Positions 39,845-53,838 of a DNA stretch of 64,000 bases are shown here, one piece after another (positions within the stretch are counted from its first letter, which is position 1; the number at the start of each line of letters is the position of its first letter). The notes beneath the pieces were generated by a model, which did not search any database, was not told where the DNA came from, and saw nothing but the letters and a program-made list of their open reading frames with translations. The stretch covers positions 13,454,001-13,518,000 of the forward strand of contig NC_043009.1 in the NCBI RefSeq assembly GCF_006345805.1, written 5' to 3'. The stretch comes from Octopus sinensis. Its lineage: Eukaryota. The position numbers were made by a program, and so were the translations under genes.

Positions 39845-41129
39845 GAAAGAAGGAAAATCAGCCGTATTACTCGAATGGTAGTTTTTTTAATGACCTCGAA
39901 ATATTGAAACAAATTTTGACGTCGGTGAGATTCGAACTAAGTATACCTAAAGAAATACCGCAGCTTCGTCGATCAGCACATTGCATAATCTCTGCCAAAT
40001 GCTATATAGATACATACATGCTCACACAAGGCACTGTACATTTCTTTCGCTCAACTTTTCATGTTCTCGGCTCTAAGACCAACTCTGTAGTCCTATGCTA
40101 AAATAATTTCACAATACGCAACGCTAGATTGATCCATTATTTCATTAAAACTGAATACATGAAAAACAAAACTACTGTTAAAGAGGGAAAATATTCAATT
40201 CCAGTAGCTGAAGATAAACCAGATGGGCTTATAAAGAATGGTGCAGATAGTGTCTGATATTGTGATTACGCTAATTCTCAATATATGGAATTGCTCACGT
40301 GTTATATTAGATGTTATACTGATTTCACCGACAAAGGCACCAAGTCAAATAGTGGTAACTTTTCTGGTATTTCTTAACCTGCTTCTGTTGGTAAGATATT
40401 CACCCTACTCTGCTGTTGATATACGCCAGTGTTGTCCAAATTTTTCAATGTGAATTCAGATCCCTGTGAGCGACTACACATAATCCCCCAACCCAAAGTA
40501 TCCATCAAAGGGAAGGATGTGCTGTCTCATTGTTGCCAATGTCAACACGGACAGAGCACACTAGACCTACATGTCCCACACACAAGAGCTACATATTTAA
40601 TCCCTTCCGTACGTATATACTATTATCCGTATTGGTCAAGAAACCTCACCAATACCACCATAATTGGTTTATTCCAAAGACAAAGATTGCTGCCGCAAAT
40701 GTATTTATATTATATTGTTTACCCAAGACTTTGAACTGATGTCGCAGAATATTACGTTTCAGCCTGTCTTCAAAGTAATGTTAATATTCTTCCACCACTC
40801 GGTCCGAACACGTGGCTATAGATACACAAATGTAGATGGAGTCCATTTGATATCACTCTGTCGTCCAGTGATTTAAAGATTATAAGTAAAATAAAATAAC
40901 CTTATCTTTTAAAGTTAAGGCAGACTATCTGATTCTCATCTTCTATTCTATTTTCTTACTCCCAATACAACTTCTTCTCTCCCCCCCTCTTGTCACCCTA
41001 ATGATTTTACCTGTATAAACTAGTAACTAGGGTTAGTAGATAATTTTTTGGCTAAAGCTAGCTAGGAATCATGAAGTGGCACATAAAGACCTATAGTGAG
41101 CTGTAGACATTCTGCATGTCATCCACTAA

Positions 41130-42240
41130 GCCGCTTCCTTGTGGATATAATCATTTCATTAGCAAGAAAGTCAACGTCGTACGTGAAGATTTCCACCTGC
41201 TTCACAGAATCGATCAAGGATACCTCCATTGAATCCAACAAGATGGTGAGTCTAGATGTGATAAGACTGTTCTCCAAACTCCCAACTGGTGAAGCACTAT
41301 CGGTGATTAAAATAAAAAGAACTAGTGACAGACACCCATCTAAAAGAACGCACTAATATACCAATAAGAAACTTGATGGAAATGTTGACCTTTTGTGTAT
41401 GATGTACCGACTTCAGTTTGGATATTGATATATATCGACAAGAGGAGGGTTTAGCTATGAGTTCGCCATTAACACCGGTAATAGCCAATATATACATGGA
41501 ATACTTTGAGAATTTGATTTTGGGATCAACACCACGAAAACCAACCCTACGGCTGCGATATGTTGATGACACCTTCATACTTTGGTCCCACCAGGAAGAT
41601 ACCCAAGTGTTCTTAGATCATATGAACTCAATACAGCCAACTTCGAGTCCCATCATCCATATAGTGTAAAGAGAGGGCTTGTTCAGTGCTTAAAACATCG
41701 AGCAATGAATACAAGTAGCGATCGCGATACCCACCACGGAGAAATGATCAAGCTCAGTAACAATCTATTGAGCAACAACTACCCTAAAAACATACTATCC
41801 ACTCCAGTAATGAAGAAGACAGAGGATGAGGTCAATAAACTGTCTACCCTATGGGAAAGGCCTCTGCGGCCCATATGACATCAGGACAGTATTCAAGAGT
41901 AATACAACACTTTCGCAAATATCTCCTTCCAGTAAAACCAGTAATGGAAGAGAATATGACTAATAACTGTGTGTACTCCATTCCATACAGCTGTGGTAGG
42001 TTATACAAAGGCGAAACATGCTGCCCCCTCAAAATAAGGGTAGACGAACATCGCAAAGCTGTGACACGGGGAGATATTGATAAATCGGGTATAGCTGATC
42101 ATGTATGGAAAAATGGAGACCACCTCCCTCTGTGAGATGAAGTTAAAATAATAGACAGCGAACACCACTGGAAAATACAAAAACTAAAGAAGCAGCACAT
42201 ATGCTAGGACACAACAAGGTCCTAAGCAGACGCTGATAGG
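41130..42240 (+). mobile_element. Penelope/Poseidon-like retroelement relic (RT + GIY-YIG endonuclease), internally deleted
   Basis: SLDVIRLFSKLP, EGLAMSSPLTPVIANIYMEYFE, RYVDDTF, HHPYSVKRGLV and VYSIPYSCGRLYKGET..EHRKAV across ORFs 41096-41356, 41418-41669, 41582-41878 and 41851-42135. Confidence 0.9.
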
Positions 42241-42371
42241 AGGATAGGAGAATATTAAATTTATAAACCCTAAAATTCACTCCATAATTGCCCACAGGCA
42301 TATGGCGTAGTGATTAAGTGCGTAGTGACCTGAATAATAATGAAGATGATGATGATAATAATAAACATGAT

Positions 42372-42600
42372 AACTGCTCACATCCTACGCAAGATACTTT
42401 CTATGTAATCTCAAGTTTTAAAACAATAATAATTTTCTTATGGTTTCTTAAACATTCACTAGTACAACACTAAGTACAAAGCCAAATATATGGCACCCTA
42501 GGCATAACACCAACATGAATTTCCAGCTTGTTGTCCCTTGAGGTCTCTGGGTGAGACTTGGAGCCAACTAGTACAAATGTAAAGCAAAAGTCAAACATAG
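42372..42600 (+). mobile_element. R4/Dong-like LINE 3' end (229 bp)
   Basis: TAHILRKILSM* plus a 3' UTR homologous to 43615-43860, followed by (AAT)n 42601-42706. Confidence 0.85.
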
Positions 42601-42604
42601 AATA

Positions 42605-43860
<1,256 letters not shown>

Positions 43861-43876
43861 AATAATATAATAATAA

Positions 43877-43907
<31 letters not shown>

Positions 43908-43948
43908 ATAATAATAATATAATAATAATAATATAATAATAATGAGGA

Positions 43949-43979
<31 letters not shown>

Positions 43980-44007
43980 AAGAAGAACAACAACAACAAC
44001 AACAACA

Positions 44008-44170
44008 TAAGTTCGAATAATACCTTAGGAATAAAAAATTACCCCAAGACACCTGATGAGGGCTGGATGGTACATCAGCCGAACTGTTGTGTTAGCAACA
44101 AAAAAATATATGGCAATTGTAAATAATGTAAATAATGTACGTTATTCCTCATCTCTTAAATATAGAACTG
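44008..44170 (+). mobile_element. PLE-type terminal repeat with a degenerate hammerhead core
   Basis: CTGATGA-G-GGCTG-GATGGTACAT-CAGCC-GAAC (44053-44084), with one A of GAAA missing. Confidence 0.5.
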
Positions 44171-44526
44171 AACATGAAATTAGTTACCCGATAGTAAGAA
44201 TTCAAATAATATAGCCCCGAAAAGGCTTTAATGTGTTCCCAGAGTATATAGAAAATAGAAGGAAATACTAAAAAGATATGTATACTAAAATCGTGATGCA
44301 TGTGTTTCTTAATAACAGGCTAATCTGGTATGAGATAATAACAATTCAAAGTAAATCATTCTGAAAAGGGCTTTTGTGCGTTACCAGAGAAAATTACCCC
44401 CAGGAACGCTAGTGTTGGTGTATTCGTGAATATACCAACATTAGCGAAATAAGTGGATCTATTCGTGAATATACCAACACTACCCGAAATAAGTGGATCT
44501 ATTGTTTAGGAAAATACTATTTACTT

Positions 44527-44668
44527 GCTCGTTGGGTACGTTGAGGCCCAAATATTCTCATGATTCACTGGTCCCTCTCCCGAACTATATGGCCGTTATA
44601 TTGACGATTGTATTGGTGTGACCTCGCTCTCCTGCGAACAACTACACTCCTTCTTCTCCTCTGTACTG
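44527..44668 (+). mobile_element. PLE RT catalytic-site fragment (second copy of 45150-45290)
   Basis: GYVEAQIFS*FTGPSPELYGRYIDDCIGVTSLSCEQLHSF, nearly the same as the downstream element. Confidence 0.8.
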
Positions 44669-44959
44669 GATAAATTGCAAAAATAACTCTAACGGTTCAA
44701 ATACTAAGAAATAAGCATACTCAGTTTCCTTTTTACTAAATAACTTAGGAAAATGAATGGGTTATTGCCTTGGTTATATATAAGGAACCCTTCCAGGGGC
44801 AATATTATCGACTTTTTTCAACAATATGAGTATGCTATGAGGTTTCCAGACGTGAGTTCTACTCACGTGTCAAGTTTCATCAAAATCGATAAAACTATGT
44901 AGGAGGAGTTAGGTAACAATTCCACAAACACACCCACAGAGCCTATACACAGTTATCCC

Positions 44960-46338
44960 ACATCACGTGGGACTTCTTACCCTAAAACACTACCCTGACC
45001 TTCGACCTAACCACCAAACTGATACATGCACACTCCTTTGTCTGGCCGACCTTGTTCTCTCCCTTAATGGCTTCTCGTTTGCGGGTGAATTTTGCCAACC
45101 AGTCTCGGGAGTGGCCACGGGAACGAGAATGGGCTCCAAATATGCCAGCCTGTTCGTTGGCGACGTTGAGGCCCAAATATTCTCACGATTCACTGTTCCT
45201 ACTGCCGAACCATACGGACGTTATATTGACGACTGTATCGGTGCGACCTCACTCTCCTGCGAAGAACTAGACTCCTTCATCTCCTTTGTCAAATCTTTTC
45301 ATCCTGTTCTCGAATTCATTCTCCTGCACTGTATACCCTCACCACTATCCACACCACCCTTTCCAGAGCACATTCCATGGACCATGCATCTGCTCTATCC
45401 CCCGCACCCATCCCGCCGTCACCTGTTTCCCACCTCCCCTCAATTATCACCCTCCACCCTACCTCTCCAACGCGGGTTGTCCTTGTGCATGGGTCATCCG
45501 GTCTCCCGCCTTCGCTGTGAACAGCAAATAAATTTCACTCTTCGCTCATTTGCTCCACATGGGCTCAACTCCCCTCCCCTCTTCCTCTGACTCCCTTCGT
45601 CTCATCCCTCTTCCTCTCATACCTACTTCCTCTCTTCAGTCCCACCCACCTCTTCTCTCCTCTCTTGCTCTGATACCTACTTCCTCTCTTCACTCCTACC
45701 TACCTTCTTCCTTCTACCCTCTACCTTCATCGTCACCCCTCCATCGTTACCACACACATTCCACTCCCACATACCTCAACACTACCCTCACAACCCACTC
45801 TCACCCAACCCACCCCCCACCCTTGCAACTCCCACCCTCGTATCACTCCACTACACGACATCATAGCTCACCGCACAACACCGTGACACCACACCATGCC
45901 ACATCACACCACCCCGGATACACTGGAACTGAGCACTTCCCAGCACCCACATCATTATCCACACACCTACACATGCACATACCCAGGCGTCAAGGTCACC
46001 AACCACTATACACACGCACATACACGCTCTCACATAAACACGCACATACAGGCGCTTAGATACACATGCGCACCTTCTTTGGGGATCACCACTACTTTAT
46101 TATCTCTCCTTCTTCCTAGCTCTCCTGTCTTAGCCACCTCTGTCCGGCCGTCACTATGATTGACCGCTAGCCACTAAAGCTTTTTTAATTCTCTATCTGC
46201 TTATTTTCTCGTGTTCCTTTCTGTTGAAGAGCGTAGTCTCGAAACGTAAAAGACATTCTCAGCTTCGCTAGCGTTAAACTAATGCACCTGTTCGTTGTTT
46301 ACACACCTACTTCGTCTTCTGTTTTTGTAAATTCCAAC

Positions 46339-46340
<2 letters not shown>
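44960..46340 (+). mobile_element. Neptune-like PLE relic (RT fragment, EN C-terminus, C-rich 3' region, terminal repeat)
   Basis: ORF 44967-45590 has GVATGTRMGSKYASLFVG, RYIDDC and EQQINFTLRSFAPHGLN. Terminal CTGTTGA-A-GAG-CGTAGT-CTC-GAAAC (46221-46245); ends in (TA)n(GA)n. Confidence 0.8.
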
Positions 46341-46398
<58 letters not shown>

Positions 46399-46565
46399 TG
46401 AGTGTATTTGTCTCTTGTTAACGATTAACGCGGAAAAAGTATATAAATAGTTACCAGGTAGCAAAAATTACGCAAGTAAAGAGGTTGTAACTTCATGTTT
46501 TTAAAGGCAGAAACTTCGGATTTACGTGGGATATTTTTGTATAATATATAAATAAATATATGGTA

Positions 46566-46861
46566 TTTAACGCAAGTATAATTCAAATATTTTTAATTCC
46601 GACACATGCTTCGAAGATTTCACTGATATTATTCCAAAGGAATAAATGGTGTAAAACAATGTAATCTTTTCTTCAGGGAAGCGAAGAAATGAAACTCGTC
46701 AATAAGACATTTTAACAGAAAATTATGGATATGTATATAGTGATTTACTTCCCTGAAGAGAAGTTTACGTTATTCTACACCATTTATTCCTTTGGAATAA
46801 TATCAGTGAAATCTTCGAAACGTGTCGGATGTAAAAGTATTTGAATTATTCCTGCGTTAAA
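46566..46861. repeat. ~115-bp imperfect inverted repeat containing a hammerhead core
   Basis: Arms 46566-46681 and 46748-46861. The right arm has CTGAAGA (46753-59)-GAAG...CTTC-GAAA (46817-20). Confidence 0.8.
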
Positions 46862-47020
46862 CTCCATATATATATATAAATAAACTGCTTGACGCAATAT
46901 ATCATAAACTAAATATTTTATCGTCACGAATGGTCCAATGTATCTATATTGCAAGAAATAAGATTTCTAAACTTATAATACTGTAAGGAGCGCGCAGTAC
47001 ATAAACATTGACAACGTAGA

Positions 47021-47100
47021 TAACCACCACATGAACGTCTGTATGGTCTCTAGACTACACTAGTTTCGCTCATCGGCTGTAGCCTCGTCAGTAGTGGTTA
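47021..47100 (-). ncRNA. Hammerhead-like motif, atypical cleavage site
   Basis: Minus strand TAACCACTA-CTGACGA-G-GCT..AGC-GAAAC...ATG-TGGTGGTTA: a 9-bp stem I is present but the triplet is AUG. Confidence 0.4.
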
Positions 47101-47269
47101 CTCAAATGCGCGATGGTTTGGCTAAGTCCGGCTGTCAGTATATATATATATATTTACTATAAACCTTTATTGACTGATTTAGGGAAAGGCTAATGTGTAT
47201 ATGAAAAATTGATATGAACAGCTAAGTGCAATGTAATACCATAAAAGAAAAGTTTCATCGGCACTAATT

Positions 47270-48025
47270 CTGATTAAGGGTGCCATTGCAAAGGATCTCA
47301 ATGTTTCAGAATGTACAATGACAAACATTGTGTATTAAGACATTAAGTACAAGTCATATGTGATGCAGTGGATTCATTTTGTCAGCTGTGACAAGGGAGA
47401 ATCATTCGATACAGCCATAGCGCTTGCTAAACAACTGGTCGGAATAATTTGGTTTAGAATAATTGCTTGTAATAATTTGGCTTAGAATAACTTCGATCGT
47501 GACCAAAAAGGAAACATAAGGGAAGACAGATGGCTGTGCAGATTATGAATGAATTCCCCAACAGTCATACTAAGTTCCGAGCAACAGCGATAGTTCTGGG
47601 AGTCGTCGGCAACGTGGAATATATCATGCCACCTCTCTTTTTTCACAGGGCTTTAGTGTAAATGGCGCTGTCAACACAGATGAGAAAGTTGCCAAAACCT
47701 GAATAAAAAGATTGCACAACGAAATGCCGTACTTCTTCCAAGAAAACTCTGTGTCGTCACAGAATGGTAGGCTACCTAATTGTGGATACGTACCAATCTC
47801 TATTATCTAGTTCTCCCACACATATAATCTTCTAAGTTACCAGCCCTGAATCCAGTGAACTATTGCGTATAGGGCACAAGCGAGGGAGGGGCCAGTCAAC
47901 AAACTCCTAAGTCCGTCGAAACCAGGACTTCAAAATTCGGAAAGATCACCCGATAGGAATATGCCAATGCTTTCGAGCACGTTTTCAAGCAACTATTTAT
48001 ACTAAAGGTGGATTCATTGAATAGG
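47270..48025 (+). mobile_element. maT (DD37D-type) transposase relic, heavily decayed
   Basis: IAKDLNVSECTMTNIVY*DIKYKSYVM, TKFRATAIVLGVVGN.EYIMPP, PALNPVNYCV*G and KGGFIE*. Confidence 0.65.
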
Positions 48026-48163
48026 GTTGATAAAAACATTTAAAAGACTATTCGTATTTGTTTGTTTTCAAATATAGCTCTTTTTGATGAGCAATGCATC
48101 ATTTTCAAAATCTTTGCAAGTACCCTTAAAAAAATTATGCTGATTCACACACACACACACACA

Positions 48164-48196
<33 letters not shown>

Positions 48197-48199
<3 letters not shown>

Positions 48200-48288
48200 A
48201 CTTTTCTATTCTTGAGCGTTATACTAATACATCTGTTTGTTTTGTACACCACCTGTCTTCGTCTTTTGTTTTTTCGTAAACTCTCCCT
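48197..48288 (+). mobile_element. PLE-type 3' tail fragment
   Basis: AAGACTTTTCTATTCTTGAGCGTTATACTAATACATCTG..CTTCGTCTTTTG, homologous to 46250-46340; sits between (TA)n tracts. Confidence 0.7.
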
Positions 48289-48559
48289 ATATATATGTAT
48301 ATATATATATATATATAAACACACATACATATAAATATATACACACACACACACACGCACTCACATACACACATACACAAACACACATATATAAAGAATT
48401 TGACCAAGCTAGACAATATTTTCAGTTTCGTTGTGTCGGTATTCTGGTGGCTGATATATATATGTAGCGACACCATTTCTTTACACCGGATCTAATAGAC
48501 TGTAGGTTGGGCAAGATGATGGCACTTGTTAAGCAATTAGTTTTCATTATATAACAATT

Positions 48560-49242
48560 ACTAAATGAGGCCAGTTAGACCCCAGGTGGAATGACTTGGG
48601 TTACCAGTAATTAAATATTGAAATCCATGAAGATTTTTTTTAATATAATTTATGTTTGATTGCTCACTTGCGGCAGCTTATTTATGTATTGTTTCTCACA
48701 GAAACACCAGTTGGCAATTACGAGCTACAGGTGGTCTTATTAGTTTAGTGTCTTGTGATATGTTCCCATGGTGTGAATGTATAGACCACAGCATTTGAAA
48801 AGTAGGATCAACTTAACTACCAGCTATCGGATTTCTGAAATTACAGATTGTTATATGGAGTGGGGGCTCTGGGTGTGTGTATGTGTGTGTGTGTGTTTGT
48901 TGTACCTATTCGCATCAGCTGGAGTGTTTAATAACTATTCTGTATTATATTATCATCGATAGCTAGGCTTGAGGCAATGTGAATTCAGGAGTTTCTGATA
49001 CATGTGGTTTCTGAGGGGGTGGTTCTGATTAGCGTTAGAAAGTTCTTCGCTGTATTAGCGGAAACTTGTACATCGAATGCAGGAAGAAACCAGATAACTC
49101 CAACCTCGCATTGGGTACGAGAAGGCCATTCCTATACACTATACACATATCCCTGAAGATTCTACTCCTCAGTGCTTCATTATGGTGCGCTGAGAGATTA
49201 GTTGTTCTTCATCTTTGTTTACCTTTCTGCACGGCTAGTACA
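48560..49242 (+). mobile_element. Unclassified ~700-bp dispersed repeat, copy 2
   Basis: Homologous to 38290-39085 (reverse strand); ends CACGGCTAGT before (TA)n. Confidence 0.75.
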
Positions 49243-49814
49243 TATATATATATATATAAGTTCAGAAAAATTTAGATTCAAATGAATTTGGTACTTAAGT
49301 TAGATGCACCAGAATTTTGTATGGTGTTATCCATAAAATCATGTAGCGTGAAACGATCGTGCCAAATTACCGAAGTTATTTTTGTTGCTTATTTTGATTA
49401 TATATATATATATTTATATATACATATATATATTTTAACAGCCGGACGCAATATAGTATCATGAAGGAAATATTTTATCGTCACTAATTGTGACTGAAGG
49501 TGCCGAAGCCCCTATATTGCAAGAGATAAGAGTTCAAAACTCATAATGCTGTAAGGTGCGTATAATACATAGACATTGACAGGGAGATAACAGGCCACGT
49601 GAGCGTCTCTAGTATCACAAGACTAGAATAAAAAAAAAACATAACACTTGTTAAATACTGACACCCAAGGTTTCTGGTCGAAACATTAAGTTTGCCTTTA
49701 TTTTTCAAGCCGAGAACAAGACCGTTGGTCATTTTTTTTTTAAGTAGGTAGAGAGGTAAATTAATGCTTCCATCAAGAAACACAATGTGGCTCTATTTAA
49801 CAATATTTGTGGTT

Positions 49815-51670
49815 TTTATTAAAACATTATGCATGTATGTCATTATTCAGTTTGATTTCAAGATTTCTTGCCAATAGAGAATGACCGGTTTCTAACCTGG
49901 ATTCAAGGCTATTTCATTGGAATTTCAAAATCCACAGCAGGGTATTTTTTACATATGTATGTATGCGTGCAGATATGTATGTTTGATTTATGTATATCTT
50001 CTCATTAATATACATGCATGTCTAGACATGCTAATATATACTTAAAGGATAAACTTTTGGAAAATTTTACAGTCTTATTGATGGCTTGGATCTGTAGTCT
50101 TCCAATCAGCATTCTCTTTTTTGATTTCGAGAAGCCTAATTTCTAAATATTGGTATTTAGGCAGTGGGTTATATATCCCAGTAGACCAATAATTATAGGT
50201 ATAAACCTTAACTTCTAATGTAGATAGAGTAACTGCAGTTTTCTCAAAAGATTAGCGTAGGTATCCTCTTTTTCACTGATCTTCAGCTTCATATTAACAT
50301 CCGCTGAGAAGCTGATTACCCCAACTGTACTCAATTTCTCTTCCCAAATCATATCAAGTCTATTGTGTTTATATTTTATTGAGATTTTCATTGGGACAGT
50401 GAAGCAGTGTGTAATTTTGTTATTTCTGTTTCCTTGTGAACCAATGAGATATCCTTCAGACTTTCTTAACATGAATGACAAGGGGTTTATAGACAATATA
50501 AACAACATCACTGAGAGACTGTCCCCTTGAAATATGCCTCTGCGATACTGTATTGTATCAGTGATAATACAGTTACTCCTTGTGTTAAATTTCAAGATGG
50601 TGGTCCACGATGAAGTCAGGGTAGCTATGGCTTTAACTACGCTCACGGGAAATTTAACAAGTTGAAGGGCTTCTGGCATCCATGAGTGGGGAACAGAGTT
50701 AAAGGCTTTCTTGTAGTCTAGCTACATTAAAACTAGGTTCCTTCCATGCTCGGCAACTCTGACATTACAGTTTCGTTGATTAACAATTGCTCGGCACATC
50801 ACCAGACTCCTTTCTTCCCAGCTGCTTGTTCTGTTGTGATGATGTTATTGGTTTTGCAATGGCCTTAGAGGAAGAGTTTTATACATGCTGCATATATCTC
50901 ATACATTAAGTTCTGGCATACAACTGGCGGGCCGTTTTTTTGCATACAGTTCTTCATTTGTCGATCAGTTTTGTCTCTATGTAGTATGCTACCTTTCCCA
51001 CTGAAAACTTGCTGGTACAGGTTCATAAGATATGGTCGGTAGAATGTTATCTTCTTGTACCAATATCCAACAATCAATTCTCTTCCAGTTATTTTTCGAT
51101 CCTGAAGTTCCTGGATCCCAGTTACAAGGGTATTACCATCAATGCTGTATGTCTCGGGTGTAATGCAGGGACAATATTTTCTTCACGTTTCTTCTAACCA
51201 TAGAGCATTTTGGTTAAACTCCATCTCTTCACTCCTGACTATGACTTCTCGTGAAGGCGCAACTGTGATGTTCACTGCTTCTCCTCTCTTGTGTCTGAAT
51301 ACTGCTGCCTGGTTCCGGTTAAATTTTTGTTTACTATTTTTCTCTCGGTTATTCTCTTCTGGTTTCGGAATCTCTCACTGACAGGTTTTAGCTCCTACCT
51401 AAGGATGATCAATTTGCAAGTCAGTTTCTCTTGTAAATATCTCCAAATATCATTTCTCTCTCTGTACTTTGAGTAGGTGGGACATATAGAGATTTGCTTG
51501 TTTGCACGTAATAAGCATCGTCACATATCTGATAGTCTTCCGTAAACAAATCAGTTATCTTTTTCTCTACCATCAAAACCCATGATGGTACTTTCTTTGT
51601 TGATTAAATTTTGTTCCCGTTTTGAATATTGTTCTTGCACTGCTTCACAGTGGCAGACAGGGCATACAGC
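49815..51670 (-). mobile_element. RLE-type (R4/NeSL-like) LINE relic, internally deleted
   Basis: Minus strand PPVVCQNLMY, EQLLINE, LDYKKAFNSVPHSW and RRGIFQGDSLSVMLF, then a direct jump to the RLE segment KHNRLDMIW..FIPIIIGLLGYITH and a 3' UTR shared with 21950-22310. Confidence 0.85.
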
Positions 51671-52754
51671 CAGGCGTTAATCTGCTTTAAATACTCCTGT
51701 CTAATTTCCTTAAAAGCTTTATATACCGTAACTAATGGGTTTTTTTTATACTTACTTTGATAAGTAAAAACCCATCATATGTCACCAATATATAATCCTG
51801 ACTACTACTACTACTGTTATTTACTATAGTCATAGAAGGGATATAGTGGTCAATTACTTCAGCCAGTAACGTAGTTTAGCTGGCAAGCAGTATAGGATCT
51901 GTTAGCATGTTGTTAACTGCGAAACCACGTCATGTTCTCACATCATTCACGTTTTCGTTTATAGTGTTAGGAAGAAGGTTAATTTCAGATTTTTTTTTAT
52001 TAATAAAGTTAGTCACTAACCTTATTCCCATGTTCCACAAATCTTGCTTTTCGGCATAATTGCTTCGCAGTAAAATGATTTAATTCTAAATGCAGATCGA
52101 CCCAATACGATTCCAATCGATTCATATAACCAGCAGCGGGGTTTTGTTTCGCTCTTTTGAGCAGTGAAATAAATCAGTGTTCAATTCTTAACTCCAAGAA
52201 AAATGAGTGTATGTATGTATGTATTTATGAATGTATGTATGTATGTATGTATGTATGTATGTATGTATGTATGTATGTATGTATGTATGTATATAATTCC
52301 AGCTGTAAGCAAACCGTCGGTTATCCTTCTATTTCTTATTGGACGGAGATTTGTGTCATATACTTAACAAGTCGAGCGTTACCTCATCAGAGCTCTTTTC
52401 TTGGCTTGTCATGTGAAAAAAATGCATTTGTGCACCAAAATCTACGTAGCATAAAAGGGAATCAAACGTTTTGTAGAATATCATTTGGAAAACCCATAAT
52501 TGTTTGTCTGCCACGAACTATAAATTAAATATCTGATCTAATCTACGTTATTGTCACCGTTTATACATAGCGATCGGCAAAAACAAATCTAATTTCACCT
52601 GGCCTAAGAGGTTAAGAATCGAGCGCCGTTCATATGGAAACTGCCGACAATTCGGTTGCTAGTAGGCCTGTACATAGTATACTGTAATAGAGGTTTCGAA
52701 TTTAGACACAAAACCATCTCTTTTTTTTTTCCAGTGTGGTGGTGTGGCGAATTT

Positions 52755-52908
52755 GATTACATCAACTCCAGTGTCCAACTGGTACTTATTTTATCGATCT
52801 CGAAAGAATTAAAGGTAAAGTCGACCTCGGCGGAATTTGAACTCAGGACATAGAGGTGGACGAAATACCGCAAAGCATTTTGCCCTGCGCGCTAACGATT
52901 CTGTCGGA
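52755..52908 (-). mobile_element. tRNA-derived SINE, family 1
   Basis: B-box GAGTTCAAATTCC and the shared GAGGTCGAC..AAGTACCAGTT core on the minus strand. Confidence 0.82.
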
Positions 52909-53185
52909 TCGAAGCTTTTATAACGTGATACATAATAAGGGTCCATACTTACGTATACACGCAAACATAGAAAATATTTCTTTGGCATAGGGATACCTGC
53001 ATGCGCGCACACACACACACATACGTACGTATACTCTCATGTAAACAGGTGTACACACAGATACATACGTATGCACATGCACGCACGCAATAACACAAAC
53101 ACACGCATACGCTCATGTACACACGCGTGTACACAAAAATATATTCATACACGTGCTAGCGCGCACCCTTACGCACAAGCATGCG

Positions 53186-53838
53186 GGTACTATTAGCGAA
53201 CAGTGGTCCCGGGTCGCGCACACGCGCAGTTGCGAATCCGCGCCAGCTAGTCGTAAGTAGTCGATCCAACAACGACTTGCGCGTATGCAAATGAACAGAT
53301 TCGCGCATGCGTGATACATGTTTGTATCGCACATGAAGCGTATTCTTTTCTGAAGGAGAAGAAAGTTTTGAATAATGTTACTCCCCGATGTTTACATTGC
53401 CAGAAAGAGACATTTACAAGCAATTATCTTGTACATAACCCATACCAAATTGGTGGACTTGGGCACTTCGTAGAAATAGATGAATCTATGATGTGCAAAC
53501 GAAAATACAACAGAGGTATAATGCCACAAGAAAGGTGGGTTTTTTGAGGATGGGATACAGAAGACAAGAAAGGGTTTCTAGTCATCGTACCAGATCGTTC
53601 CCCTGAAACTCGCGTGTAGTCATTATTTACTGTTCGCTTGTAGTCATTATTTACTTTGTTCGAAAAATATTATTTAATTTGTATAAAAAAATATTATTTA
53701 ATTTGTGTATCGCGCATGCGCGAATCTATTCATTTGCATACGCTCAAGTCGTTGTAGGATCGACTACTTACGACTATCTAGCGCGGATCCGCAACTGCGC
53801 GTGTGCGCGCACCGGGACCACTGTTCGCTAGTAGAACC
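53186..53838 (+). mobile_element. Merlin-superfamily (IS1595/ISXO2-related) DNA transposon, internally deleted, 653 bp
   Basis: 133-bp TIRs starting GG (53186-53318 / 53706-53838) and a perfect 8-bp TSD AGCATGCG (53178-85, 53839-46). Internal peptide IGGLGHFVEIDESMMCKRKYNRG..WVF*G..GFLVIVPDRS. Confidence 0.92.

Noticed and set aside
45550-46059. 169-aa Pro/Ser/His/Thr-rich ORF
   Set aside because: It is the low-complexity C-rich 3' region of the PLE, with no domain.
52146-52170. GCTC-AAAA-GAGC-GAAAC on the minus strand
   Set aside because: Stem II and GAAAC only; the CUGANGA half is missing.
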